Assembly: GCA_047495785.1 (NCBI GenBank)
Contig: JBLDXI010000020.1
Coordinates: 992,001-1,056,000, forward strand
Length of the DNA stretch: 64,000 nt
Direction: 5' to 3'
DNA from: Lepidodermella squamata
Taxonomy: Eukaryota > Animalia > Gastrotricha
Of this stretch, positions 1-11,164 are shown piece by piece. The number at the start of each line of letters is the position of its first letter. The stretch's first letter is position 1. Below the pieces are notes generated by a model. It was given only the letters and a program-made list of their open reading frames with translations. It did no database searches and was not told the DNA's origin. Made by a program: the position numbers and the translations under genes.

Positions 1-89
1 CTCTATTTGACAAGCCCGACCTTCTGAATTACGCGCGTGAGCTCAATGCTGAGCATGAGAAATGCCAAGAAGCCCTCTTAAAGCTGTGA
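1..89 (+). CDS. 3' end of a probable seventh member of the secreted two-Cys (CGxNP) peptide family, truncated by the window start
   Basis: Frame 3 reads LFDKPDLLNYARELNAEHEKCQEALLKL* (TGA 87-89). It has the same P-x15-C spacing as all six downstream paralogs, with His at the [WYF] position, and is on the same strand. AATAAA at 195-200. Confidence 0.5.
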   Translation, partial: LFDKPDLLNYARELNAEHEKCQEALLKL

Positions 90-468
90 ACTCTTCAAAA
101 TTTAAACACAGCGGTTAGACTTTCTATGGAAAATCAGGATTTTATTCTCTAGCCTCGGTTTTAATATATGGCCCATGTGAGAAGCGTTTTAAATAATAAA
201 CGAAATAAAATCCAGGAAGTGCCCTGGAACTTATAAAATAAAGTCAAATTATTTTATTGCTCCTCGTGCCAATATCGATTTTTCCAGGGTATATCATTGG
301 CATATCGATGGTTAGCCAGGCATCGGAAATTCAATATCGAAGTAGGAATAAAAAAGCGCCCCACATGCCCCACGCGTTCAAGTGGAAAAAATCTGCTTAT
401 GTCAAGTATAAAAAAACCGACGAGTTTCTATAACACTGCGGTTTTTATCGAGGTCGTTAAAAAAAATA

Positions 469-759
469 ATGCTGAAATATTTAGACGGCGAAATGTCGCG
501 GATTTTAGTCGTTCTACCAGTTGGACTCATGGCGCTGTCAATTCTTGTTGCTTGTCCGATTCACGCAAGACGGCGCTCTTTCTCGTCAGATTGCGGCGAG
601 AGTCCTATCAAAGTTCTCAGTCGGCTAGTCGACGCTGGGCAGCAGCATCGGTCGATGAGCGATGTTATAAGCGACTTCGAACGGCAGGTTCCCGGGTTCC
701 AGCGAAAGTTCAACTTTCGCCTGATCTACTGGAAAAGTTGCATGCTCAGTTTTGTGTGA
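469..759 (+). CDS. Small secreted two-Cys protein, CGxNP family member 1 (96 aa, intronless)
   Basis: Hydrophobic signal peptide (ILVVLPVGLMALSILVAC), RRR basic site, CGESP...ERQVPGFQRKFNFRLIYWKSC. TATAAAA at 407-413 and AATAAA at 892-897. An alternative start at Met9 is possible. Confidence 0.8.
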   Translation: MLKYLDGEMSRILVVLPVGLMALSILVACPIHARRRSFSSDCGESPIKVLSRLVDAGQQHRSMSDVISDFERQVPGFQRKFNFRLIYWKSCMLSFV

Positions 760-3076
760 AAGGACAAGCCGAGAAACCACTACCTGATAGTTTTAGAATT
801 TTTTTTTCGCTTATGCATGTATCTCAGGCATGTTTTTATTTTGTTGAATTAGAAATTCCGTATATCCTGCAAGGATAGAAAATTCGTTTCAAATAAAGTG
901 TAAACACTGCGTTATTATGAAAAGGTGTTCCAAGTCGATAACCTGGAAAAACGGTATAAGAAACTTTGCGGCATGGTATTGTCATTGCGAAGGTGAAAGG
1001 TAATGCAATAGATGGTAGATGAGTAATCGAAATTAAATTTTTGAAACTTGAAAAACCTGATCCGAATGAAGCGCGAAAGCATCTAAATTTCAATTTCGAA
1101 AAGACATTCTAGTTAGGTTTTATCAATATATTTCAGCAAATAATCCACACCTTAATAAGATATTTTTAATGTGATACCGTATTTGTTCCTATAGCAGCCC
1201 GGGCTACTAAAATTTCAACCTCGAAAATTTGAAAATTTCAAAAAATAATATTTGTTGAATCGTTTATTTTTGATGTTTTCAAACCGACTTGACCCTTCAA
1301 CCCTGGGCGATTAGTGATGGGCGATTATTAGTGGATGAGCTACTATTGGAACAAATACGGTATGCTAGCTGCCATTTAGTGTCCCAGACACCAGTTGAGT
1401 ACCCTGAATGACGCCTCAGATTGAGTGATGCCAGAATGAGTTTGCCATACCGATCGAGCCATAATGTGGCACTCCCGTTTTGCGCGCGGCAGCCAACAAT
1501 GTCGCGCTTTGTCATGACCTCGCGCAATTGTTTTTGTACTCACGCAGTTTTATTACCTACCGATAGTTTAATTTGCTGCTACTTAATTATCATTTCATCA
1601 TTTGATTTGCTGCTATCGGCTCACACGTACTCCGGCCGCGGGAGATCTACGAGACGGAGCGAGCTAAGTTTTGTGTGGAAAATCCTCGGGACAACTCTAG
1701 ACTCATAACTTTGATCGCTCTCTATAGGCTCCATATTATAAATCAGTGTTCGGTTGCCATACGTGTGCCGGAATCAATGAAATATCGTATAACAGTAGCC
1801 GGCACTATTTTAGATATAGCGCAAAGTGTGAATTATTCGCTTGCTCGCACTCGCAATCAACATCTCTAGGAACAGCCGTCCGTCGTTCCCCATCTCTGGT
1901 TGCCATCCCGATAGGGACAGTGTCCAGCCAATTATGAAGATCCGCGCAAATCCGCGTAATAATGAATCCCTCGGGTAATACCGCGGCACGGCAGCATATC
2001 AATAAATTCATATTTTTTCCGACTTCGACTTTTTCTGAGGGCTTAAAAGTACCTATATGCCTTATTGAAACTGGCGAGTTAGCAATAAAGGTCGTATGGC
2101 GTGGTTGCCAGATGTTGTGTTCGGAAGTTCCTACCTACTAGGGCTCTAAGCTCTAACTAAGCGCTTGTGATAGCACTTGCGGTTTTATCAAAAACGTGCG
2201 TTATTATGTTATTTTTGGGATGATACTACGCTATTTTGCGTAGTAGTATTACAGGGGCTGTATAATTTCATGTCACGCGGAATTCAATAAAAACCGCGAC
2301 GACACATAAAAAACGAATGTCGCACCCATAATTTATAAAATGGAACAATTTCCCCCAGATTTCTCAATCGGATCGACCTCATCTGAAAATATGATCCATT
2401 AAAGTTGTGTAAAAACTTTAATGGCCGAACATTGAAACGCCCTTCTGGGCATTTCTCGCCCCATATCAATTGGAGGTGGGGAAGAATAAGTCTGAAGCAA
2501 TTTTCACTAAAACTAAGATCTGAATGGTCATAGAAATTGTTATATATTATCGTAAAAATATATACTGCGATTATCAGTTTACCAACTCCTGAGAATTCCA
2601 GCTGCAAATGCAATAAGCAATTTTGTCGCCTTTTTTTACCACAACGATGATGGCTGTCCTTTAATTGAACCATAAGAGGAGTTTCTTTTTACAATATTAT
2701 AAATCAATTTTCGGGCGATGAGAGTGTAGTTTTACTCAGCAGCAGGACCTGGAAGCGCATCACAATCTCGCGTTATTTGTCGATTCCACGCAAATAAATC
2801 CACGCGTAATCTTGGCGATCGATTCTGAAAGGAATGCATCGATGAGTGAAAAAGTATGCGGCGGATGAGTCGCTTTAATGACGTGAAAAGGACGTACTGA
2901 TGTAAACACCGACAAATCATCGGCGAAATCTGATACCATGTCATTTTTCGGTACCCAATGGAATGTTTTTTGTGACAACAGGTAAAAGCTCTAGGTGTTT
3001 AAGAGGCTTCGAAAACCTTACTATAGCTCAGTATTTAAATTTGTTTTCAACCCAATAGAAAATTATTCCTTTGAAA

Positions 3077-3423
3077 ATGTCTGCAAAAATTTTGGCTGTG
3101 GTAGTTGCGGTGAGTTTGATCATCGATCAGCTTTCAGCCGTCCCTATCAAACGCCGTAACACGCGCAGCGTGATGACTTCGGAAGCCTGTGGCCCGAACC
3201 CGATTCAAACCCTTCGGTCCTACGTTCGGCATAGAAGTGAGTCAATCTACTAAAATATTAGGAAATCCATATCTAAATTGCTGTTTTTTTTACAGCAAGT
3301 AATGACGTTGGTGAATTGCTGAAAGCTCTAGAGAGATCAGCGCCGGAAATGTACGCCGTTTTTGCTAAACGACTCGACGATTGGAGCCGATGTGTGTTCA
3401 ACTTTGATGGCGGTTATCTGTGA
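3077..3423 (+). CDS. Small secreted two-Cys protein, CGxNP family member 2 (95 aa; exons 3077-3236, 3296-3423)
   Basis: Signal peptide, KRR site, CGPNP. A 59-nt phase-1 GT-AG intron restores the frame to TSNDVGELLKALERSAPEMYAVFAKRLDDWSRCVFNFDGGYL*. Confidence 0.85.
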
Positions 3424-5180
3424 CACAAAAAACAGCCAAAAAAACGATTATTTTGAGCAGTATATTTATATTTAAAATAGACTCTATTAGTTTCTACATT
3501 TCGAAAGCCCTGACTAGAATTTTTTTATAATTTTATTAATATTAATAGGTGAATAAATCATCCTTCGAGACGAGATGTGGGTGTGAAATTATTATCCCAA
3601 AAAATCGCAAAAAAATTTGCCGAAAACATGTCCTGCTTTTTTTACGCTCAATTTGTAAAGGGAACCTGATGATATTTCACACATATTTTGCGAAAAAATG
3701 AACCGCTTATTGGGCAATTGGACGGAATCAATACTCACGCCCCTACGCGTTTTCTCGAATCAGTGAACTCCCCCATACTGTACTTCCGAATCGAAATGCC
3801 GGCAGCACGGCTATACGGAACAACAGCAGAAACTGCGAATATTAGCTTCCTGGCCTGGAGTTCAAAACAAATAATCCGAGACATTACGTGCAGAGCTTGA
3901 TTGATATTATTTCACTACCCTGTGATCAGTTCAATGAAAAAAATCACCATTTCTTATCATTTTCACAACATGCACGAATATAATCAATTTTTAGAAAAAA
4001 CCGCTTCGATCGAGGCCATCAGACTGATGTTGTCGCGAATTTTAAGAAGGCAAAAACCTTGTTATCAGTCGTGATTCAAGTGCGAACATTGATTTCCTTT
4101 ATTCGGTTAAAAGACGATCTAAATATGATGCCTTGGCATCTTCGCTTCTTCTCTGTTTTTATTAAGTAATCCTATGTACCATTCTACTGTTTTTCGAAAG
4201 AATGATTTCGAGAAAAATCAAGTGTATCCCCTGCCTCAAAATCCCCCGCTTGGGCAAGGAATAAAATGTGGAAATCGGCCACTTCACAACAGACACTATG
4301 AAATGAATAATAACGAAAATTTTAGTTGTCATTCTTAGTCACTCGTCCCATGTGGGTGTGAGAGAGGCATTTTTTCAAAAAAGTATCCTTCTTCAGGCTA
4401 TTTTTACCCTATAAAAAAGGTATTAGAGACTACTTTTTAAAGCAAATAAGTTCCTACGCTGCAAGGAGGGCAGCGATGATTTATCCCTTTTTATTTTATT
4501 TACCTACTGCTAATACCCCTCTTTTCCCTCAATGACAAAGTGGGGCAAATAATCGCGAAGATAGCCCCGAAATTATTTAGGAACCCAAATGTGTTGGCGA
4601 GCTCCTAAATTTATTTACCAGAGCTCGCATACCGCGCTAAAGCCACGCAATTTTTCCAGCAGTCAGAGTCAACAAAAAATCCAGCTCTTGGCGCGTCTTC
4701 AATTTTGCCCTTCAGTTCAGTCGTTTTACTCAGGGAATGAGATAGTGAGGAAATATTTTGTTTAAGATTGTGATTTCTCCTGATAATTTTCATTGTCTAA
4801 AACTAGAGCCTTTGGGGTCATCTTAGGGGATAAAACGTACTATTGTCTTACCGCCCTCCTATTATTTTTCCTCCTAGCGGTTTCAATCGATTCGCGATCG
4901 CTATCACCTGCCCACTCAACCGAGACGGGGATCAAAACACCAGTTGAAAAATAATGGATGAATGATGATGTCATCAACGACTCTGGGGGAATAAGGTATA
5001 GAGCTTTAGCATCGTCATTAAATTTTTAGTTTTTCTCTTCACACTACTTATTCCGATTTTAATCTAGAAAAATACGACAAGGTTCATTCATTTTGTGGGA
5101 GGCTTTATTCTCATATAATGATTTCACCATTTCCCGATACTTTTTTAGCAAACTACTTACTAAATAAAAATTATTAAGAA

Positions 5181-5536
5181 ATGATGGTTGATGTTTCGAT
5201 TCCATCGCTCCGAAACGGCCTGGTCGTTGTTATGGCCATTTTGCTTTTCCAGTCGAGCTTCATCGAAGCAGCCAAGAAAAATCCCCACCGAAAATGCGGT
5301 GAAAATCCTATGAGCATGTTGCAGCAAATCGTCGGCGCCGACAAAATTTGTAAGCTTGATTTCGTGATCATTACTTTTTTTATAATTTTTTTTTATCAGC
5401 CGGAACTAAAACTCATCAAGTCATCTCGGAAATCGACTCAAAAGCGCCTGGATTTGCAAAGGTTTTCCTGATGCGGTTCAAAGCATGGACAGACTGCGTC
5501 TACAACATCGATTCTGGCTATCTGAAGCGTCGATGA
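5181..5536 (+). CDS. Small secreted two-Cys protein, CGxNP family member 3 (101 aa; exons 5181-5349, 5400-5536)
   Basis: Signal peptide, KK/RK sites, CGENP, 50-nt phase-1 intron. Exon 2 reads SGTKTHQVISEIDSKAPGFAKVFLMRFKAWTDCVYNIDSGYLKRR*. Confidence 0.85.
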
Positions 5537-6321
5537 ACGTGTCGTTTTATTTCATATTTCCCACGCTTATAATATTCGAACGAATCTCTCTTGTTTGCTA
5601 TACCTATATGAATTCGTGGTTCGTTTGAACAATAACTTGAACAACCATTGTTTAATCATATATCGATTCGGTAGTAAAAAGGAATCAGACTTTTCATGTG
5701 TTTTTTATCTCATCTATAACCCGACATCAATAGAAATTTGATTTCCCCATTGAGAAATATATATTGAGGAGGCGTGATGCAATGATCCGAAATAATTAGG
5801 TAAGACGTTTGACCCCGTTGTCAACAAACACGCCTTTTCCATTCATCATTTCAGCTATCATTATTTTTCGCGTAATTTTAATAATTTTAATACTTTTATT
5901 TTATCGATGAAAAAAAACCTAAAATCTCGGGTCCGTGGAGCAGGAACAAGGCCCTTAGCATTTTATGAGGTAAAAGCGGTAATTAGGCCATCGTCGTTGT
6001 ATCCCTTGAGACAATGAGTGTTATGTCCAGCTGCGGATTTTTCAATTTACGATCAGGATATTACTTGTAGTATAACAAAATTACTGAAAAATACCACGCT
6101 TGTTCGCACTCGGCGCTTTCATAGCGTGTGGCAATCGATCATAACCGGAATCACTTGCATATAATATTCCCGAAGTAGATTACAAATTACGTCAAAATTT
6201 TTATTAGTAACAAATATTGCCATTATTTATATGTCCCGAGAAAGTGTTTCATTGAAGAATCTTCTCAAGTTTTTTCGCCTGCCTTGGAATTGACCCATTT
6301 TTTTACGATAGATATTACATT

Positions 6322-6738
6322 ATGACTCGTCCAGTTGATTTGGCTGTCATTACTGCCATTCTGTATTTTGCGGCAATTACAGAAATAACGCCGGTTTCCG
6401 CGGATCCTGTCAAGTTAATGCACGTTTTGGCGTCGATAGCCTCGACTGAAATTCGGGATCCTAAATGTGGCGAGAATCCTGTTCGAAAATTAGCCAAAGT
6501 TCTAAGTGACGACCAACGTATCGCAGCAATCATAGGACCCAATAGAAAAATAGGTGTGGCAAAGTTTTGATAATTTTTCAAATTTTAACAAAATGATTTT
6601 CTTCCAGATCCTTCGATATATTTGAGACCGCAATTTTTCGCTTTTCTCGAGTCGAAATTTCCTGGAGTCAGTCGACGGCTTTATCTCAGCTATCGGGCCT
6701 ATTTGACTTGCATGGGCATGGACACTGAGTATATATGA
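6322..6738 (+). CDS. Small secreted two-Cys protein, CGxNP family member 4 (120 aa; exons 6322-6553, 6608-6738)
   Basis: Signal peptide, CGENP, 54-nt phase-1 intron. Exon 2 reads DPSIYLRPQFFAFLESKFPGVSRRLYLSYRAYLTCMGMDTEYI*. AATAAA at 6790-6795. Confidence 0.85.
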
Positions 6739-8555
6739 GTAAAGTTATCGAATTTTCCCTCCGATCATTCTTTCCTTATACTGCGTTGTAATAAATCTTG
6801 TTCGGTGTGTTATAGCTATGTAATAAAATTTTATTCAAGCGAGTGAAAGGTCACGCTTCTATTAAAGGAAAAAGCTGGTACTAAAAGTCCTCGTCGTAAC
6901 GTGCGCAAACGACAGCCAGGAAACGTTTACCAATTTCCTGTTTATGTTCAGGGTTCATTATCGCTTAGTCATTTTTTTACGACATACGGACCTCGTGACC
7001 CGGGAGACATGGGACAAGGAATTAACAAAAAAACTGCGGTTTGTTTTCTTCTACTTGACTTGACATGACGAGGGTCTCTAGACAGACCCATTCCTAATTA
7101 TAGCAAAAGATAAGTCTATATAACGGCACATGGAACGTTTTGTTAAAATAACAAAATACGTCACGTACGGCTTTTAGGTCAACGCTGTGAATCTTAGGGA
7201 AGCTTTTTTCTATCATCTTCATTTTTTGTATATTCCGGATATTGGCGGACATTTTGGCTATTTGCCATGCACCTCGCATGCAGCTGGAGTTTCAAAGGAT
7301 TGTGCCCGGATTTTAGCAAACTCTGGGAATGCTTTTGAATACTGGGAACCTCTGAGTAAATACTCCCAAGCCAGATTATTTTGGGCGATTTTTGCATCAA
7401 CATTGGTTATGACGTCGATATAGAATATAGAACCTTATGCACCAGGTGAGCGACAAACGAGTTGAAAATGTGACTTTCTTCTCCCTCAATTCATAACCAT
7501 TAGGTGTAGGAGCATTATTGCGAACTACAACATCACCTTTCGGCCAATCAATTCCTTAATATTATTCAAGTCTAGGGACAGGACGAAATGTTAAATCTCA
7601 TGATTCTATGATAGAAATACTCTGGCCTTAAAGCAAAGTTCTAAAATCGATTCAATTTGCTGTTAAAACGCCTAGGGGTGAGTTGCTACGAAAACAAGTT
7701 AAACCTAAAAAAGAATCAATGGTTTTATTTTAGGTTCTATTTCGCAAATGGGACGTTGTTTTCGGGAACATTACCCGTGATTTTCTTTAACGAAAGTGTC
7801 TGCGAGGCGTGTTGTTTTTTGCGAGCTAAACGAATTAGCTTTGATATATTGGAAATTTTCGTCTTTTCCAGAGCAGCGGATCTGCACTTCGTCTGAGTCA
7901 AATTCTAAGCTCCTGTCCCCAGCTCAGCTTTCTTGGGGGAGGCAGTGAACATTTTCGTAACATGACCCTCTAATGCGATGGCCACTGAGGCGTGCTCTTC
8001 CCGATCGTGAATAACTTGTCCGAAAAAAAGTGAGCGACACGTAGGTATAGCAGATACAAGAGTCTTTACAGATTTTTAATTTCGCTTTTTATTGCTGTTA
8101 TTAGAAAAACATCGTCCAATTAAACGGCTTCTCCTCTGGAATTCAAAACAAGTGAATGTTTTCACAAGAATTTTAACCTGATAAGGTAATCTCAGCTTAT
8201 AGCTGCGTTCCGGATACGTTGGAATCCCATTCCTCTTCAAGCCATAGTTGTACCAACGGGTTTTAATTAATTTTCCGCGTCTGATAGCGCCGGCTGATCG
8301 GCGGCATTTTTACCTGTATTTTTCATTATTTGCTCCGCCCGCCCCCTGATTTCATTCTTGTATAATATCCGTGTTCTTGGCACATGACATGTTCTTAGTG
8401 CCGCATGCATTAAAAATTATTTCCGTGTCACACATGAAGCTATTCTCTATCTCTATCGACCCAAACTTTTTTATTACCTGAGTTATAATTGATGGCATTT
8501 TTTAGATACTTTACATTAGCCAGCAGACAGTGCGCCACGATCATTTTTCGCAGAC

Positions 8556-9012
8556 ATGACTCTAGGCACTTCTATGTCAATAGCTGCTGTTATCGCTGTG
8601 TCCTGTCTCGGGGTGGTGGCCTGTGCCGATGATGGCGTAACTTCGGCGCCCGAAATCCTCCTTAAAAGCTTCTCAGGCGGCGATCAAAGCGGCATTCCTA
8701 AAATTTCGAAAGTTCTCGCAACTTTAGGCGAACGAGCGCTTCGAGGCGACGCTGTGACTAATTCAGCTAACTGCGGCGGTAATCCCCTCGAAAAATTTCT
8801 CCGAGAGATGGTCAAAGGTCCTATCAGTAAGTTGAGGCGGATTTTTGAAAGGCTAATTTTACGATTGAATTTTTTCAGCCCTTCAAGGACTAGCGGCGCT
8901 ATTTGCTGATTTAGAGAAGGCAATTCCTGGGTCGAATCGAAAAATTTACCTGCAGCACCAACATTACGTGCGATGCTCATACAACGGCGTGGATTCTGAA
9001 TACATCAAGTGA
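8556..9012 (+). CDS. Small secreted two-Cys protein, CGxNP family member 5 (134 aa; exons 8556-8826, 8879-9012)
   Basis: Signal peptide, pro-region ending RALR, CGGNP, 52-nt phase-1 intron. Exon 2 reads TLQGLAALFADLEKAIPGSNRKIYLQHQHYVRCSYNGVDSEYIK*. AATAAA at 9099-9104. Confidence 0.85.
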
Positions 9013-10609
9013 AACCAGCTCTGGAAGCTTAGCATTAAGATAACTACCATTCTATTAGGTTCTTGCATATAATTCTAAGCAGGCTTATACAGAAAGAAAA
9101 TAAACATTTTATAAATCAATAATTCTACGAAAATAGCCTCTAAGGAATTTAATTCATAGTCGGAAGTTGTTGGGCAAATGTGAACTCATTGACGCGTTCG
9201 AATTGATAATCATTGGGACCGTCGTTAATAAAAACGCTATTTCACGCCTCTCGCTTCATTTATCGCTGATTGCTTGCTTGACTGAACTTGGTAACAGGCT
9301 ATGTCCGAATTAATATACATTATGCTTCGCAGACCGGAGGTGGTTACGTGGGCTTACTCTCAAAGACATAACTCAGACGACGGCCATTCAAAATTTAGTC
9401 TCTACGACGTAGTTTGGTCCAGGTTATTAGCTCAAAAAAGTCATTTCCTACTTCGATCATTCATCACTCCGCATGGCTTACTCGTGACGGAATTTTTTTA
9501 AAAGTGTCAATATCATATAGTTTCGCAGATGACTCCCCTGAGCTTTGGCGGCCCAACGATGTAATATTTTATCAAAAATAACCACATCAAGAGGCCACTC
9601 CGCGTAGGTTTTGCCGTGAATCCAATACTCGCACCGTTGTGATATGGGATGAGCGTGGCGCCTCTCTATTATTGCTGTCGCAAGAATAAATAATGAGCAT
9701 TATACTCAAAAATATACGCAAGTTTCAGGTCAGTCGGGATATAATCGCTTTTTAAACCCGCCTGCACATTTTCTCGACATCGAACTAAAAAAAATGGAAT
9801 TTTTTCTACAAATTTAACCAGCTCGTATATCGACATGTTATTTATTTTGTCGAAAAGGGCTTTTTTAATTCGATTCGACTTTTATTTTTTTTCTGGTAAA
9901 AATAAGATACTTTATACCCTCGTTCGCACTGAATTTTAATTCCTTCGCATTATTCCCGCCCCCTCAAGGGTTGTCTTCGCAGTAATAAAAGCTGAATATA
10001 CTGCCCCACAAGACCTCAAGAGAGAAAAAAGTGCCAAGTCCGAGCAAATTAACGGCTCGCTTGTTTACATCGAAATTTCAGAAGTTTCATGACAACCCTT
10101 GAAGTGCCAATTAATAATAACTCGAATTTATCAAGTAGCTAAACAATTTCTAGGAAAAGCTCGTTTCACCTCCCATGATCACGCAAATTATTCCAAATTT
10201 AAGACTCTGTGCAGCGAAGCGTGAGAAAAGTTAAATATAAAGCTTTTTAATCGTCCGATTCGTCGCTTGAAATATTCTACAATTTACCAATGTTTTAAAT
10301 GAGCAGATTAACATTACGAAGAGAATCTGCCGAAATTAGCGCATAGTGATTCATCGTTGTTTGTATCGCTTCAAATTTTCTTGTCACCTTTTGGATTGGC
10401 GTTTTCCAGTAGTAAACTCGTGATTGAGTTATTCTCGATAAAAAAACGCGACAGAGCGTGACCGTTTTCAGCCTAAACGTCTCGCTCTTTCAAGTGAACT
10501 TGAACTGCAAGACCCACGTTGTCTCGTCTGACAGGTGATGTGGCGGCGTTCATTGAAATTCTTGAAATTCTTCATTTAATAGAACTTTCATTTCGAACTA
10601 ATATATTTT

Positions 10610-11062
10610 ATGGCGAATTTTCGATTTTCAAACTTGCGATCCAACCTGGTGATAATGGCTATAGCAATGTTTGCGCTAGCGTCTGCTGATATGACTACAC
10701 CAGCAAGCTTTGTTGGCTCAAATAGGCCGTCTCGAATCTGCTCAAGATCAGGAAATGCGTTGTGGAACATCGCAGATTCTCGGCAAATATCGGCAATCGT
10801 TACGCAAAGCTGCGGCGAGAACCCTCTATTCCGGCTAAAGGCTAATTTACGAAACGAAAAGATAGCTAACATTCTATCTCCGAACGACTACAACGCCAAA
10901 GGTAATAGCACCTAAAAAATTCATAAAATTTTTTACAAATTTTTCTTATTTTTAACAGCCATGTTTTGCAAATTTATTGATGACCCACAAACCGGCCGGG
11001 TGCTGCTTCGAAGATATTCAAATTTTGTGCACTGTGCAGAGTCAATTACCAGCGTAAATTAG
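10610..11062 (+). CDS. Small secreted protein, CGxNP family member 6, four-Cys variant (131 aa; exons 10610-10901, 10959-11062)
   Basis: Signal peptide, CGENP, 57-nt phase-1 intron. Exon 2 reads AMFCKFIDDPQTGRVLLRRYSNFVHCAESITSVN*. AATAAA at 11139-11144. Confidence 0.8.
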
Positions 11063-11164
11063 AGAAAAAAACGCGGGCTATGCATGCGCCGTTCGACTTT
11101 ATTTTCTCCCAATTCAATATTCACCGATGAGAGAGAGAAATAAAAATTTACACGATAAAAAATT

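Noticed and set aside
297-878. 193-aa ORF overlapping peptide gene 1
   Set aside because: Non-ATG start, no recognisable features, and an alternative frame of a gene supported by paralogy.
4174-4338. Short frame containing KCGNRPL, resembling CGENP
   Set aside because: No in-frame signal peptide, no matching second exon with P-x15-C, early stop. Chance match or an unrecognisable relic.
4611-4793. Minus-strand ORF with EDAP...WKNC resembling the family C-terminus
   Set aside because: Wrong strand, P-to-C spacing of 13 rather than 15, and no CGxNP exon.
7200-7340. FQRIVPGF similar to FERQVPGF of member 1
   Set aside because: Immediately followed by a stop and lacks both Cys motifs; too weak to call a pseudogene.
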